The notes: generated by a model from the sequence alone, not told the origin. A stretch of DNA of 64,000 bases from Octopus sinensis (GCF_006345805.1 NC_043001.1:69688001-69752000); one strand, 5' to 3'. Shown: positions 34,623 through 48,489, counted from the stretch's first letter. A program made the numbers and translations.

Positions 34623-34659
<37 letters not shown>

Positions 34660-35085
34660 ATTTGCCAACCTAATGTGGCGGTCCTGTAGAGCATGATGGT
34701 ACTGTTGTTTTTAGCCCCGAGAAGACATATCCCCCAGTTGGCCAACGACATACAGTCTGTGTCCGATTAGTATTTCCGAGGGAGGTCATCGCTCCTAACT
34801 ATAGCCCTATGTGATACACACGGGCCAAGTTTCTGAGTGGTTACCCGTCTTCAGTGTATGTTAATCACTGGCTAGTGATGAAGAACTCATTCCACTCGCA
34901 AAATACTACATCCTTTTTCTAGCGACACACTGTCGCGGATATCTTACAGAGGGACATAAGTTAAATAAAATCTCTGAGCGAGAGATAAAGAGTAACGGCA
35001 CGGAATCGTAAAATTTATTTGCTAACTAAATGTGGCGGTTCGATACAGAACCTCCTTACTGTTGTTTTTAACCCTAAGAAGCCTT
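34660..35085. repeat. Unclassified interspersed repeat with diverged ~58-bp direct repeats at its ends
   Basis: AA(C)CTAATGTGGCGGT..TACTGTTGTTTTTA(G/A)CCC..AGAAG at 34667-34724 and 35024-35081. Confidence 0.4.
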
Positions 35086-35924
35086 AATATAACTACTTAA
35101 TATAATTTTATCTTACATAACGGGTACATCACATGTGTGATGGCGTGTGTGTGTTTACATGTGCGGGTGTAAATATAAACACACGAAACGCTACGCTAAC
35201 ACGAGTATATGTACCTTTGGATTTACGGGTGTATGAGTGCAAAAGTATAGATACATTTGTATGAACGTAAACCTGGAACTGTAGAAATATTTGGGTATGT
35301 ATGTGAAGTTATGAATGCACGCGCGCGAGTGTGCGTGCAAGCGCGCATATGTGTCTATATTAGTATGAATGTGTCTGTCATTGGTGATAACTAACAACCC
35401 GGTACTATTGATACAGCTATTGAAACAAACTTAATATAACACCAGTTTAAACGTAACTATAACCTTAATATAACTGTGACGACAGAATTTTAATATCGTT
35501 ACTCAACAGTCTTATGTGTATCGCCCTCCCAGACAATTTCGCTTTTATCTTCATTTCATTCTTTTTTCTAGTACCCTTCCCTCGCTTTAAACTTAATATA
35601 ATTTTTCTCTGCTAACCTCATATTTTCAATATTACTTTGCCATGATAAAAATAGATTTTACTATTTTCTTATATATATCGTAGCAGTACCTCACTTCCTA
35701 AATGAAGCAGGCAGATAACAACATAACTGCCAAAGATCAAGATATTTAGTGAGACCCTACTTTATGTATGAATGTATTAGATAATTCCCAGAGTGCAAGG
35801 TTGATGCAAAATAGTATGATTCACAGCATCCCGTCTATAATACACAGTTGCAGGATGGGTCGAGACGATCGTTGTAAAGAGTAAACCGTTATACAGTTTC
35901 CCTCTTCTATTCACTTAATCGATT

Positions 35925-36032
35925 ATGTGTGTGTGAGTGTGTGTTTGTGTGTGTGTGTGAGGTGTATGTATGTATGTGTGTGTGTATATATATCTATTTA
36001 GATATGAATATATATACATATGTGGGTATATG

Positions 36033-36104
<72 letters not shown>

Positions 36105-36106
36105 CA

Positions 36107-36152
<46 letters not shown>

Positions 36153-36250
36153 GTTGTGTGTGTTGTGTGTGTGTGTGAGGTGTATGTATGTATGTGTGTG
36201 TGTATATATATCTATTTAGATATGAATATATATACATATGTGGGTATATG

Positions 36251-36308
<58 letters not shown>

Positions 36309-36320
36309 ATATATACATAC

Positions 36321-36395
<75 letters not shown>
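35925..36395. repeat. Compound (TG)/(TA) microsatellite region with an internal ~220-bp duplication
   Basis: GAGGTGTATGTATG..CTATTTAGATATGAATAT..GTGGGTATATG occurs at ~35958 and ~36177. Confidence 0.9.
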
Positions 36396-36398
<3 letters not shown>

Positions 36399-36744
36399 CC
36401 ATATGTATGCATGTGTATAACGAGTTTTCATGAAGTTTCGAATGGAAAGAGGTTGTTATATTTTTTCTTTATCTAAGCGTACACCGCTTTAGTTCCATAT
36501 CGACTAATATTATTTGACTTTCATTAATCTATGTTTGTATTAGTGTTAACACTTATGAAGTTCCAGTTGTCGTTATAGATGTTTTTAAACATTCGATATA
36601 GAACGGAATTTTAATAATACAACAGAAAGAAAATGGAGAGTTTGAACATAGAAAAAACAATTTATTTATATAATTATCAGTTTCATTTCTGCGTACGTTT
36701 CAATTTCTTACTTATGAAAAAATATATATGTAAATATATATATA

Positions 36745-36788
<44 letters not shown>

Positions 36789-36868
36789 GTGTGTGTGTGT
36801 GGTTGTGTGTGTGTGTGTGCATGTGAGTGTGTATGTGTGTGTGTGTGTGTATAAATTAGAGAAAAACC

Positions 36869-37138
36869 ACCATGAAGCAATCCAACAACAATATACTTAA
36901 ATCATACCATGTAGAAAAGAATTAAAGCTACGATAAAACATTTACCTAAAACTAAATAAAGTACGAAATAATAAATAAATAGTATATAATTACTAATTAT
37001 ATACTAATTACATAGTATTTATTTAATATTTAGTACTTTATTTAGTTTTAGGTAAATGTTTTATCGTATCTTTAATTGTGTTCTATATGGTATAATTTAA
37101 GTATATCTTTGTTTAAGTATATCATGGTGGCTCTTCTC
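36869..37138. repeat. Foldback (long inverted repeat) element, MITE-like
   Basis: Arms 36891-36970 and 37027-37106 include a perfect 36-bp stem (36929-36964 / 37033-37068). Inner palindrome at 36981-37005. Outer CCACCATGA/TCATGGTGG. Confidence 0.8.
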
Positions 37139-37215
37139 CAATTTATATACAAATATTATATATTGTGAAATTTTATTCAGTATTACTCAATTGAATATTT
37201 TCCTGTATGTTTGGA

Positions 37216-37250
<35 letters not shown>

Positions 37251-37252
<2 letters not shown>

Positions 37253-37657
37253 TTTATTCTTCTACTCTTTTACTTGTTTCAGTCATTTGACTGCGGCCAT
37301 GCTGGGGTACCGCATTTAGTCGAGCAAATCGACCCCAGGACTCATTCTTTGTAAGCCTAGTACCTATTCTCTCAATGTCTATTGCTGAACCGTTAAGTTA
37401 CGGGGACGTAAACACGCCAGCATCGGCTGTCAAGCGATTTTGGGGGACAAAGACAGAGACACAAACATGTGCACACACATACATACATATACATATTTAC
37501 AACGGGATTCTTTCAGTTTCCTCCTACCAAATCCACTCACAAAGCTTCGGTCGGCCCGAAGCAATAGTAGAAGACACTTGTCCGAGGTGCCATGCAGTGG
37601 GACTAAACCCGAAACCATGTGGTTCTTAAGCAAGCTAGTTACCGCACAGCCACTCCT
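37251..37657 (-). mobile_element. Full-length SINE family A (tRNA-like head, body, internal microsatellite, tail)
   Basis: The reverse complement starts AGGAGTGGCTGTGCGGTAAC..ACCACATGGTTTCGGGTTTAGTCCC and ends ..GAAACAAGTAAAAGAGTAG. Confidence 0.9.
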
Positions 37658-37659
37658 AT

Positions 37660-38039
37660 TTCTTTTACTTGCTGGAGCACCGCTTTTGTTCGAATAAATT
37701 GACCCCAGGACATATTGTTTGTTAGCATATTACTTATTTCAACCGGCTCTTTTGCCGAACTGCTATTTTACGTGACACTGGTTGTCAAGTGATTGTGGGC
37801 AAATAACACAGGGCCAAAAATACATCCATCCATCCATCCATCCATCCATCCATCCATCCATCCATATATATATATGCGACTGGATTCTTACAGTTTCGTT
37901 AGCCAAATCCACTCACAAGGAATTGGTCTTCACGAGACTGTAGTAGAGGAGATTTGCACAAGTTGCCAAGCAGTACGACTGAACCTGAAACCATGTGGTT
38001 GATAAGTAAGCTTCTTACCATACAGCCACACCTGCGCCT

Positions 38040-38040
<1 letters not shown>
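37660..38040 (-). mobile_element. Older SINE family A copy in tandem
   Basis: Degenerate tail, (CATC)n and head ..CATACAGCCACACCTGCGCC. Confidence 0.7.
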
Positions 38041-38238
<198 letters not shown>

Positions 38239-38710
38239 ACATGGAAAAATGGTATGAAAATAATATTGTTAAGATTATAAACCTGGAAAAGTAGAGGACA
38301 ATCTATTACTTCTAGAAAAGTAAAGAATAAGAAACTTTTTACTTAAAATATTGCAGCAAAGAATGCCAGTTCTAATTTATCACTGTTTACATATCTCATC
38401 TTTTAAATTTATTGTACGAAACTGTTCACTTATTTGTAAGTTTGTCTAGTCAATTTTTTGTGCATTGAAGGTAGTAAATTAGCCAAATTCTACTTAAATA
38501 AGTAAACTGTTATTTGTAAACTATAATAAAATGAATTTTAATATTCAAATTTTAATTTAAGCTGTAATATTCTAAGTAAAAATTCCTTATTTATTACTTT
38601 ACTAGAATAGCTTGTCCTATACTATTACAGGTGCAGTAACTTGCCTTGTACTTTTGCAGCTTATAATATTAAGAATATTACATTTCATCCTCGCATTTTT
38701 CTATGTAATC
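38239..38710. mobile_element. Fragment of the family found at 49653-50330, with internal inverted segments
   Basis: 38239-38450 is the reverse-complement homolog of ~50097-50330. 38590-38710 is a diverged inverted copy of 38239-38320. Confidence 0.6.
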
Positions 38711-39084
38711 CATAATTTTTCCAGGCATTGCTGTTATAATATAATTAATAATGTGTCAATTAATAATTCAAAATTTTACCTTATAAAATACTGCAAGATA
38801 ATATTTCAATTTTTACCTGTAAGTGATGATAATATTTCAATTTTCTTCTTGCTTAACTTAAAAATATGTTGTGATTAAATTATTTGATATTACGCATCCA
38901 CACCAAATTAATGGAAGGGATGTAATTTAGGTAGGGGGTTACTTTGGTTTCTATTTTTAGCATAAAGAGCGACCAGCTAGAGGCTTCGATTGCGTGATGA
39001 GATTCTTTTACATATATATGTAATATGTATATATATCATCGGCAGAAGCTAGAGATTAAATCAAAAGCTGAGAGTTTCGCGTAT

Positions 39085-39205
39085 TGGCACTTATCAAACA
39101 CGAACAAGACAACCTCGTGAAATTTTGAAATCCAGTCGTAAACAAACGAAATTGCAATAAGCATTTCACCAGGCGCGCTAAAGTCTCTGCCAGCTCGCCG
39201 CCTTA
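39085..39205 (-). mobile_element. Degenerate SINE family B
   Basis: GCATTTCACCAGGCGCGCTAAAGTCTCTGCCAGCTCGCCGCC matches the end of 51530-51760. Confidence 0.7.
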
Positions 39206-39686
39206 GAATGTAAACATTAATTTTAGAGATATATTCTTTATTTTTACTGTTTAAGCGTTTCTTCTTACTTCCTTACTTACTGACATAAAATTTCGTAATA
39301 TCTTACCTCATAACAGTTTTCTAATACTTTTTTTCAATGCGACTAACGATTCTGAATTCATCATGCATTTTGCATCATTTAAGCCTAAGAAAAGTATACT
39401 TTTAATTTAAAATTTAAAATTTTATGTTAATTGAAGACGAATATCTGCCTTTCTTCGCACTGGAGGTCTGACTAATTTTGATATAACTTTCTTTTCTAAT
39501 GAATCAAATCTCATCCTATTAATGCCAAAGGGTAGCTGAGGACGTGTCCTCTTTAAAACTATAGATTGCAATTTATTTGAGAACTGAATTAGTGGTAAAG
39601 TTTGGGAGCTGCTACAATTGACGAAATAGTGGACTTAAGAATATATTCAACCACTACCGTGGTTGAATGATATATATGTATATACG

Positions 39687-42352
39687 TTAGCAATGCATCC
39701 CCGCGTTGCCTGGGTGTTGTGGCCTAGAAACATATCGTTTTATTTGTTCCGTTCTTATGGTCAGATCTTTTTATCCATGTAGAATAATTCAGAGATTACG
39801 AATCTGGCAAATATATATATTTTTAAAAATCAATTATTTCCCGGAGAAACACGCAATGCCCATTCCTCCACGTCACCTACCCATCGCATACCCGCTTTCA
39901 AATAGCTAAAAATACCCTCTGTTTAAGTTTCGTCTGATGATTCAGGCATGCGTATTGAAATAGCAGACGTAAAAAATAATAGAAGACCAGCAGAAAATCC
40001 GACATGCTAGAAACAACAGGTAAGCGACATCATTTCTGAAGAAACTTCTTCGTTTTCCAAAAAAGCTGAAAGTGATACTTTGGGAGTACGTAGCTTTTTG
40101 AAAGTGATGACGTGATGGGTGGATGTTAGGGAAGGAGATTTTAGTGTTTCTATAAGGAAAAAAGAAAGAAGAAAATTCTTAAAGAATCGCACTCTCTGTT
40201 TTTTCTTCGTGGATATCCAAGAAAAAACTCGAAAAAAGTAAAAAATGAAGAAATTGAGATGGGTGGCAGACAAAATTAAAAGGTTGAGAAGGTGTTTCTT
40301 AGGCGAAATCCTAATCGCTTGTATTGAAATCATGGGAATCGGAAGAAATTTAAGAAAGGCAAAATCAGTGGGGTGGGCGCAGATGACATCTTTGACATAC
40401 TAGAAACAGCAGATATTTCTGGGAGAACTACATTTTAAATTTATATCGAAAATAGGTTTTTAAATACACTTATCACGAAAACTAATTACAGAGTAAACTT
40501 GGATTTGAGCTGTAATTATGTCCGTGCACATAGGAAGAAATAACATAATTCTCTGTTTTACCTAGAGAGAGAGAGAGAGAGAGAGTGTGTGTGTGTGTGT
40601 GTGTATGCGCGTTTACGTGATCGTGTGTTTGTGTGCCAAAGGAAGTTATTTCATGGCATTCTTTCGTTTGAAGTAGGAAAGGTGTCAACACTATCATATG
40701 GTCGAGCATATTGGATCATATATCTGTTCGTTAATTTCCCTAAGAACTTTTGAGTTTTTATACTTTGAAGAGAACAGAAATTAAAAGAGAGGAGAAAGTG
40801 AAACGGAGACATTTGCTTTGAAGTGAGAGCAGAAAGTGAAAGAGAGGAGAAAATGAAAGATATATGTACGTGTATGAAATGGGCGTGTGTATGTGTGTAA
40901 CAGCGAGTGAATGAAAGTGTGTGTTGTCATTTGTGTATTTTTCGCATGTATGAGTAAGTGGCACTCAATCGATCTCCCCCTCACACGCACACTCATTATC
41001 TTTCGTATACACGTACATAAATACATATGCATACATCTTTTTTATGCATGTGAGAGAGAAAGTGAGTGAGTGTATTTCCTCATAATACATAGAGAAATAG
41101 ATGTCATTTAAGGTACACACACATATAGAAAATGTGACGTCATCATCGTCGTGGTATAAAATGTTGTTTAGGATAGTTGAATTATAGAAAGATTATAACG
41201 CTAAATTTTTGTAATGCAAATATGTAAATGAAAATAAAGTTTATTTGTTAGCCAAAAGATTACTGAAACTGTTGATGCCCTATACGTCAAAATCGGCAAC
41301 TCTTTTTTCGAATGTATTCATTATTTACTGTACGTTTATAAATCTTTTTTTGCTATGAAGAGAGCAGAAATGGAAAGAGAAGAGAAAGTGAAACTGCGAC
41401 ATTTGCTTTAAAGTTGGAGCAGGAAGTGAAAGAGAGGAGAAAGTGAAAGATATATGTATGCATGTATATGTGTGTGAGAGAGAGAAAGAGAGAGTGAGTG
41501 AATAAGTGAAGATGTGTGTTGTGATGTATGTGTAAGTGAAACTCACTCGGCCTCACTCTCTCTGTATCACACGCATATTTCATATACACATACATATATA
41601 CATATGTATACACCTTTTTGTATATATGTGCGCGTGTGCGTGTGCATGTGAGAGATAGAGATAGAGTGACTGCATTTCTTCATAACAGAGAAATGAATGT
41701 CTTTTAAGTTACACACTCATAGAGAAAATATAATGTCGGCGTCGTTGTAGTCGTGGTATAAAATGCTTACGATAATTGACTTATAGAAAAGATTATAATG
41801 TAAAATATAACGCAAATATCTAAATAAAAATAAAGTTTATTTGGTAGTCGTAAGGTTACTGAATTTTCTGATACCCCATACGTCAAAATCGGGAACTCAG
41901 TTTTCGAATGCGCAAGCAAGATACACACAAATACGCCCACCCACACACCCACACACTCGTACACACGCACACACTAACTCACACAAACACGCACGTATTC
42001 ACATACCCACTCACACACACACAAACTCTCTTTCATATATATGTAGAAGATGTCCCTCTCGGTCATTCTCTCTGTCTGTCTCTCACATTCCCTATGTGTC
42101 AATGTTTTCATGTCTCCTCCCATTCTCTGATATCAGCCACCCACATTATGCCACGTTTCTCTGAACCTAACACATTTGTTACCCATTCGGTTCATTATCG
42201 ATTTTTATTGCAATCCAATTAGCTTGTAATTGAACTGGGTGGTAATTCAACATGTAAACAAAGTTTGGTGATGATTGGTTCCCTGGTGTGGGCAGCAAGA
42301 AGGTAACAGTCATATGAAGAGACAGACAGAAATTGTCGTTTATATATAAGAT
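39687..42352 (+). mobile_element. Possible non-autonomous Helitron2/Helentron-type element with an internal diverged tandem duplication
   Basis: 5' TTAGC..CCCCGCGTTGCCTGGG and 3' AAAGTTTGGTGATGATTGG..GACAGACAGAAATTGTCGTTTATATATAAGAT resemble ends common to this class. Diverged ~590-bp units at ~40770-41320 and ~41360-41910. Confidence 0.45.
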
Positions 42353-42689
42353 ATATTATACATACATACATACATACATACGTACATACATACATACATA
42401 CATACACACATAGGCACGCAAAAGTGTGGGCTCAGAACTTAAATGTTCGTAAGTTGGATATAAAGGAGTGTTGTGGGAGCTGTGAAATCGTGCATTTATT
42501 AATTTCAAAGCACCTTATTAATAACTGCACTGCATTTTGCTAGGTAAACTGACATCTGACTGTTCAAACAAAAGTAGGTAGGGGCGACTTCTCTTTAAAA
42601 TAGACAAAATATAACAACATGGTGTTATCAATATCTGCAGAATAATGCTCTGTCCGCTAACCTAAGTCCTACATTATGGGATCACGCTC

Positions 42690-43110
42690 CCGTTTTATCA
42701 ACCGGGAAAACTTGACGGCCGAAATAAAGAGAGGTATGGAATATATTGACGATGAACCAATGTCGAGAGATTCTATAACTGTCATCACTGAGTAAGACAT
42801 TCATTGTGTTCACCACACCAATCCAATGCCCTTAGCATATCTCCTGAGAGAGTTGAGAATATTCTTCACAATGGACCTGGCATGGCAAACACTTCCCCTC
42901 GGAAGGTGCCAAGTCTTCTGACATTTAATCAAAAGCACACCAGGGTGGCTGATCACATCAGAGGAAAACTAACATTGTTTAGATGTGAATCCAACTGGAT
43001 TCCTTGAACTTGTCGCAACCCAGGATGAGCGTTGGTTGCATCACTTTCAGCCAGAGCCAAAGAAACTAACCGTGTAGTGAACATATACCCCCTCATCTGT
43101 TCCACAGAAG
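42690..43110 (+). mobile_element. Mariner transposase fragment
   Basis: RGMEYIDDEP.., ISPERVENILH..KVPSLLT and VATQDERWLHHFQPE, equivalent to the WVPxxLT and first-D motifs. Confidence 0.75.
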
Positions 43111-43190
43111 GAGGTGTACATTTAAACACATTTTTCTATACGCTAGGCCACCGGTAGTAAACATTTCTAAAATCTTTATTACCCTGATAT

Positions 43191-43271
<81 letters not shown>

Positions 43272-43326
43272 CGTGTGCGCGTGTGTGTGTGTGTATTATT
43301 TGTTTTATATATAGGCTATATATTAT

Positions 43327-43418
<92 letters not shown>

Positions 43419-43739
43419 CAACACCCGGCTATGTTCGGATTGTCTTTCCATCCGCACTCATGCCTTTGCTGTGAACAGGAATTAATATCCTCTTTTCATT
43501 GATAACCTCTCCACTCAATACACCTAGATCCCCATCCCACACCCCTTGTAATACCACTCACACCCCCACGCAAAGCACACACCTACACATTAAGGACGTA
43601 CACACACGCACACAACCAGTCGCCAAAGTGTGGGTGTGTGCGTGTGTGTACGTCTGTAATGTGCATATTCTGTATCCACATTTACACACACTTTCTCACA
43701 CACATACGCAAGCGCATCTTCGATTTGGGATCGCCAATA

Positions 43740-43984
43740 CTTTATTATCTCCCTTTCATGCTACGTCTCTTGCTAAACCATTTTCGCCAACCAGCCGCCA
43801 TGCTTGATCGCTAAATCCACAAGTTTTCTTTTTATTCTCCCTTTGTTTATTTTCTCTTAATCCTTTCTGTTGTAGAGCGTAGGCTCGAAACATAAAAGAA
43901 TTCCTTACTTTCTCAAGCGTCAAACTAATACATCTGCTTGCTGTTCATACACCTGTCTTCATGTTTTGTTTGTAAATTTCAACT
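43740..43984 (+). mobile_element. PLE-type pLTR-like repeat with a decayed minimal hammerhead (43863-43898)
   Basis: CTTT-CTGTTGT-A-GAGC(GTAG)GCTC-GAAA-CATA-AAAG. Ends at a (TA)n tract. Confidence 0.5.
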
Positions 43985-46900
43985 ATATATATATATGTAT
44001 ATATATATATATGTATACAATCTAGCATTGGTTTGCACTGTGCATGTTAGCTTTAGCCGGAACTCTCTGTACTACCTGGTAGGGCCCTTCCATCCTCTAG
44101 GACCTCTAAGGCGATTACTGGAACTTCGGTAATCATGATTAGATTTGGTATGTATTCTGAGGTGGTTTCCTATTGCCTTCTCTATGTAGGTGGGATTTGA
44201 ACTTAGAATGTAGACAGCCGAGTGATACACTGTAAGGAATTTCTTCCAACACGCCAACGTTTCTACCGCTCTCCTACTCACGAAGCTATATAAAGCGGAG
44301 TGTGTTGCTGAAGAACGCAATGCATCACCGGATCCAGAAATCGACACCATGATTTTGAGATTGTGAGTACAACATCCTATGTGGTGGTTATCGATCTGTA
44401 ACCGAGGAAGATTCTCACTCACCACAATGTGCACTCAAGAATTTCAGAAGAATTTATAACTTTGGACTTGTGGCTTCACTGGTCACTGATGATGATATAT
44501 ATGTGTGTGTGCGTGTGTGACTGTGTGAGTGTGTGTGTGTGCGTGTGGGGGGGATAATGTGAAAGTGGATGTGTTTGTGCTTATGTAACCGGGGTAATTC
44601 GGCTTAAATCCATTTTGATATATACTCGAAACAAAACGTTGGTGGTGACCTGCTAAAGAGAAACAACTCTGGTAAATTGTTTGGTAAATAGGGGATTGTA
44701 ATAAAGATCACAGCAAATAGTACGAAGACCAACGTATTCAACTAATGTATTTTCAACCAACATCGTCAGTATGCCCCCTATGCCAGAACTCAAGTGAAAT
44801 GAAAGAAAAAGTGAGTCTGATTGGTAGTTTGATTGTTTAAACTGTAGCACAATTTCTATTTTTCCCAATTTCCATATCTCATCAAACATGAAAAGGAAGT
44901 TCTGATAGAGCGGTTTAATAACAGGCCAAACCAATCCAACAATTTCCTATGCCTCCAGAGAACACTCTTCTACCATTAAACGTTGCTTTATCTCCTTTTT
45001 GTAGAATGTAGAATATAACGAATTCCCCAACATCAAAGCGATTCAAGAATATTGATGTTGATTATTATCCGATAAACAATTATCGGATATTGGATGAAAT
45101 GTCATGTATTGGAAGTTCGTATTAAAATCTAAACATTTTGCCTTAATTCTTAAATCCATTCGACTTTACGGCGTCTATTTCAACTGTTTCCCAAGTCCCC
45201 TAACAATATGTATGTTTGACTGCCTGCTAGTCTTCCTCTACCTCTCTTACACCATATACATATATGCATAATTATTTACATATATTTGTAGAAATATACA
45301 TATATATATATATATATATATATGTGTCTGTGTGTGTGTGTGTGACAGGAATATATACATATGTACATATACATTTTTTCCTTATTTTAAATGAAATGAC
45401 GATATTGTTATTGGTGCACGTGGTGAAAACCACAATCTTGATACGCGAAATAATTTTTCCACAACGCTGCAAGTTACCAGTTGAGTTTTAGTACTAGCTG
45501 TGAAAATATAACTGACAATGTTTTGGGATGGTTCGTTCGCTTGAGTTTGATACGTTGCTGGAACTGTCTTTCAGCTATACGCATATTTGAAATATGGTAC
45601 GTAAAAGGAAAAAAAAGTAAATAAATAAAATGCTTTGCAAAACTTCATGTATTTAGGAAAAATATGTATTTATGGAACATAAATTTACCTCCAATTCAAT
45701 AAGATATTTCATACTGTAGGCAGAAAATTGCTTTGTGGCATTTTGTTGTTGTTGTGAGTTCAAACTTGGGCAAGGTTGACTTTACATTTCATCCTTTCCG
45801 GGCCGATAAAATAAATACCAGTTGAATCCTGAGGTCGATGATATTAATTTACCTTCTCCCTCGAAAATTCTGTCCGTGTTCCGAAGATTTAAACCATTGT
45901 TATAATCCATACTCTATATAATCGTTTTATTTACAAAGGATATTGTTTCTGAATCCATATGTACGATTATCGATAGATTATGACACCCTTTTTGTTAAAC
46001 TTCATCGACATAATATGTTTTAAAGACTCATCTCGAGTGCAAAATGTAAATTCATTTCAAGAAATGTCTCAAAATTACTATATATTTTGAATACAAAACG
46101 CTATGCATTAAAAATATCTATATATCACATTGTTGAAGTGCCATTTTAACTCCGGGAAAAGGCATGACTTCTTGTAAAGTTTTTCCTATATTTCTATATG
46201 TATCAACATTATGGTCACTTAACTGCACGGACCTGCTAACACAATTCAACTGCAAAATGATATACGACGTTAGTAATCAGGTCCGAAAACAGTGACAATT
46301 AAGAAATATATGCTAAATAAGTGAATAAATAATGAGTTTGTGCCGGTTGAAAATATTAAAATGTCTATTGCATTTCTAAATTTTTTATTCGCCATACGGT
46401 CCCGATCAAGTTATATATGAGTGTATGTTTGTATGTGTATGCGTGTTTGATTTCGCGTGCGTCGTCTCTTCAATAGAGACATTTTCTAACTGATTTTCAG
46501 CTTTTCTTTCTAATTTTCGTATGGTATATCACATCGTTAAAAACTTGCGATCACTTACAAAGAACTGGCAGAATTTAGACAGTGAACAGAGGGGAAAATT
46601 CCGACATTGCAGTTATGTGTTTGTGTGTGTGTGTGTGTGTACACATATACATATATATGTATATCCCTGAACATATACACGTACAAACACAAACATACAT
46701 CCATACATACACACACAAAAGAAATATATATTTATATATACACATACAGAAGTAGTTTTAGAGACAAAAACCACCCTCAACTCAATCAACACTGAAAGAT
46801 TGTATACCTTATCACTCCATAAAATGTTAAAAATTAAATCTTATACTAACTATATCAATTCTGAATCCGGTATTTTCGGTTTATAAGATTAAACGTGTTT

Positions 46901-47349
46901 CATGAAAGTACGTCAGTATTGATTAGATACGAATTATCTAGTTTCAACACTTAATGGGGTTGACATACTCTCAATCTTCAGGTCTGGATTCCTCAACATT
47001 TTTCACGACACCTACTTCTTATATACCTCCATGATACTCTATATCTTCAACATAATCTTCCTTAACATATACAAACGAATAGAAATACAAGTAATAGATA
47101 AAGAAAAATAATAACTGAATATTAAAAAATTTAAGGAGTAAAATTTTAAGGGATAAAAATTCAAGGAGTAAACATTTAAGGAAAAAAATTAAAGAGAAAA
47201 ATATACGAGTAAAAATCACGAAGAAAACTTACGAATAACGAATAAAGAATTGCTAAAAACAAACACTAAATAAAAAGGAAATAATAATGATGAAATAATA
47301 ATGAAATAAAAATAGAGACGAAAATAAAACGAATGTTAACTAATCTTTT

Positions 47350-47503
47350 CTTTTCTCGGTGAGGAAAGAAAAGATAAGTTAACGTAAGATAAGTTACTAG
47401 TACGTATTTACGACAGCACCGGCCGTAAAGCATTGGTTGCGGAACAAACGTGGAGACAAATACACACGCGCACACATACACACACAACACACACACACAC
47501 ACA

Positions 47504-47535
<32 letters not shown>

Positions 47536-47724
47536 GCGTATATACACTATGTTTTTGTGTGTATATATGTATGTATGTATATCACGGTCTTTTTGTTTCC
47601 GTCTACCAAATCCAATCGCAAGGCTTCGGCCTCCTTGATGCTATTGAAGAAAACACTTACGAAAGTGATACTGAACCCAGAACCATGTGGTTCGGAAGCA
47701 AGCTTCTTCCTATAGAGCCACGGC
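47350..47724 (-). mobile_element. Degenerate SINE family A
   Basis: GTTTCCGTCTACCAAATCC..GAACCCAGAACCATGTGGTTCGGAAGCAAGC. Confidence 0.75.
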
Positions 47725-48409
47725 TAGTACAAACATATATTGGTATTTCTTCAATTTCAGTATTATAGCTTCATCGGCAAAAACTACATTGCTCTACTTG
47801 AGCATCTTATAACCGAAAGTGTACGAGATTGTACACCGTTTGGTGCATTGACATATAAAACCAAAAACGCCTCCAGCATCGAAAATAATCATAAATATAA
47901 TGATGTCCTGACTAAAAGTCCTTCATAAATAGAAATAATAAAATATACTTTAGGATGTATAATCTATTCCCATTACTTTTGAGCGGTCAATGCCTTATAT
48001 CAAAAATGTAAGAATCGCTTCGACTTTTTACTTTTGCACATATTATCAAAATCATATTTTAAACAATATATCTTGCTATTTAACTATTAAATATTTAATC
48101 ACTGACAGTTTTCTCACCAAGCTTATTTTTTTAAAAATAAAAGAAATAAAAGGTAAACTTAATCTTTTAAGCAAGTAAATTTATTGAGCAACATATATAC
48201 TGATATAAACAAATTTTGATTCAGAGAATTAATTATTTAGTGCAGGCTGAGATTAATAAAATGGCGTAACATCCATTGTAGAATGGTTTTAGACAAACAC
48301 TTACACACACATACTCGTGCGCGAACATACAAACGCACGCATATGAATGTATATACAAATAAATTTATATTTACATATATATATGTGTATATATGTCTTC
48401 CTATCCCCC

Positions 48410-48489
<80 letters not shown>

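Larger units (their letters stand above)
32536..34645. repeat. Tandem duplication of a 1045-bp unit (family iii element plus ~430-bp flank)
   Basis: TTATAATTAATCAATATAGGG at 32555 and 33600. The flank 33155-33572 is repeated at 34203-34622. Confidence 0.95.

Noticed and set aside
39931-39969. CTGATGA..GAAA as a hammerhead
   Set aside because: The intervening 16 nt cannot form helix II and there is no UH after helix III. It folds as a simple CGTCTG/CAGACG hairpin.
47110-47230. Degenerate ~18-bp purine-rich tandem repeat
   Set aside because: Too short and degenerate to support anything beyond low-complexity sequence.
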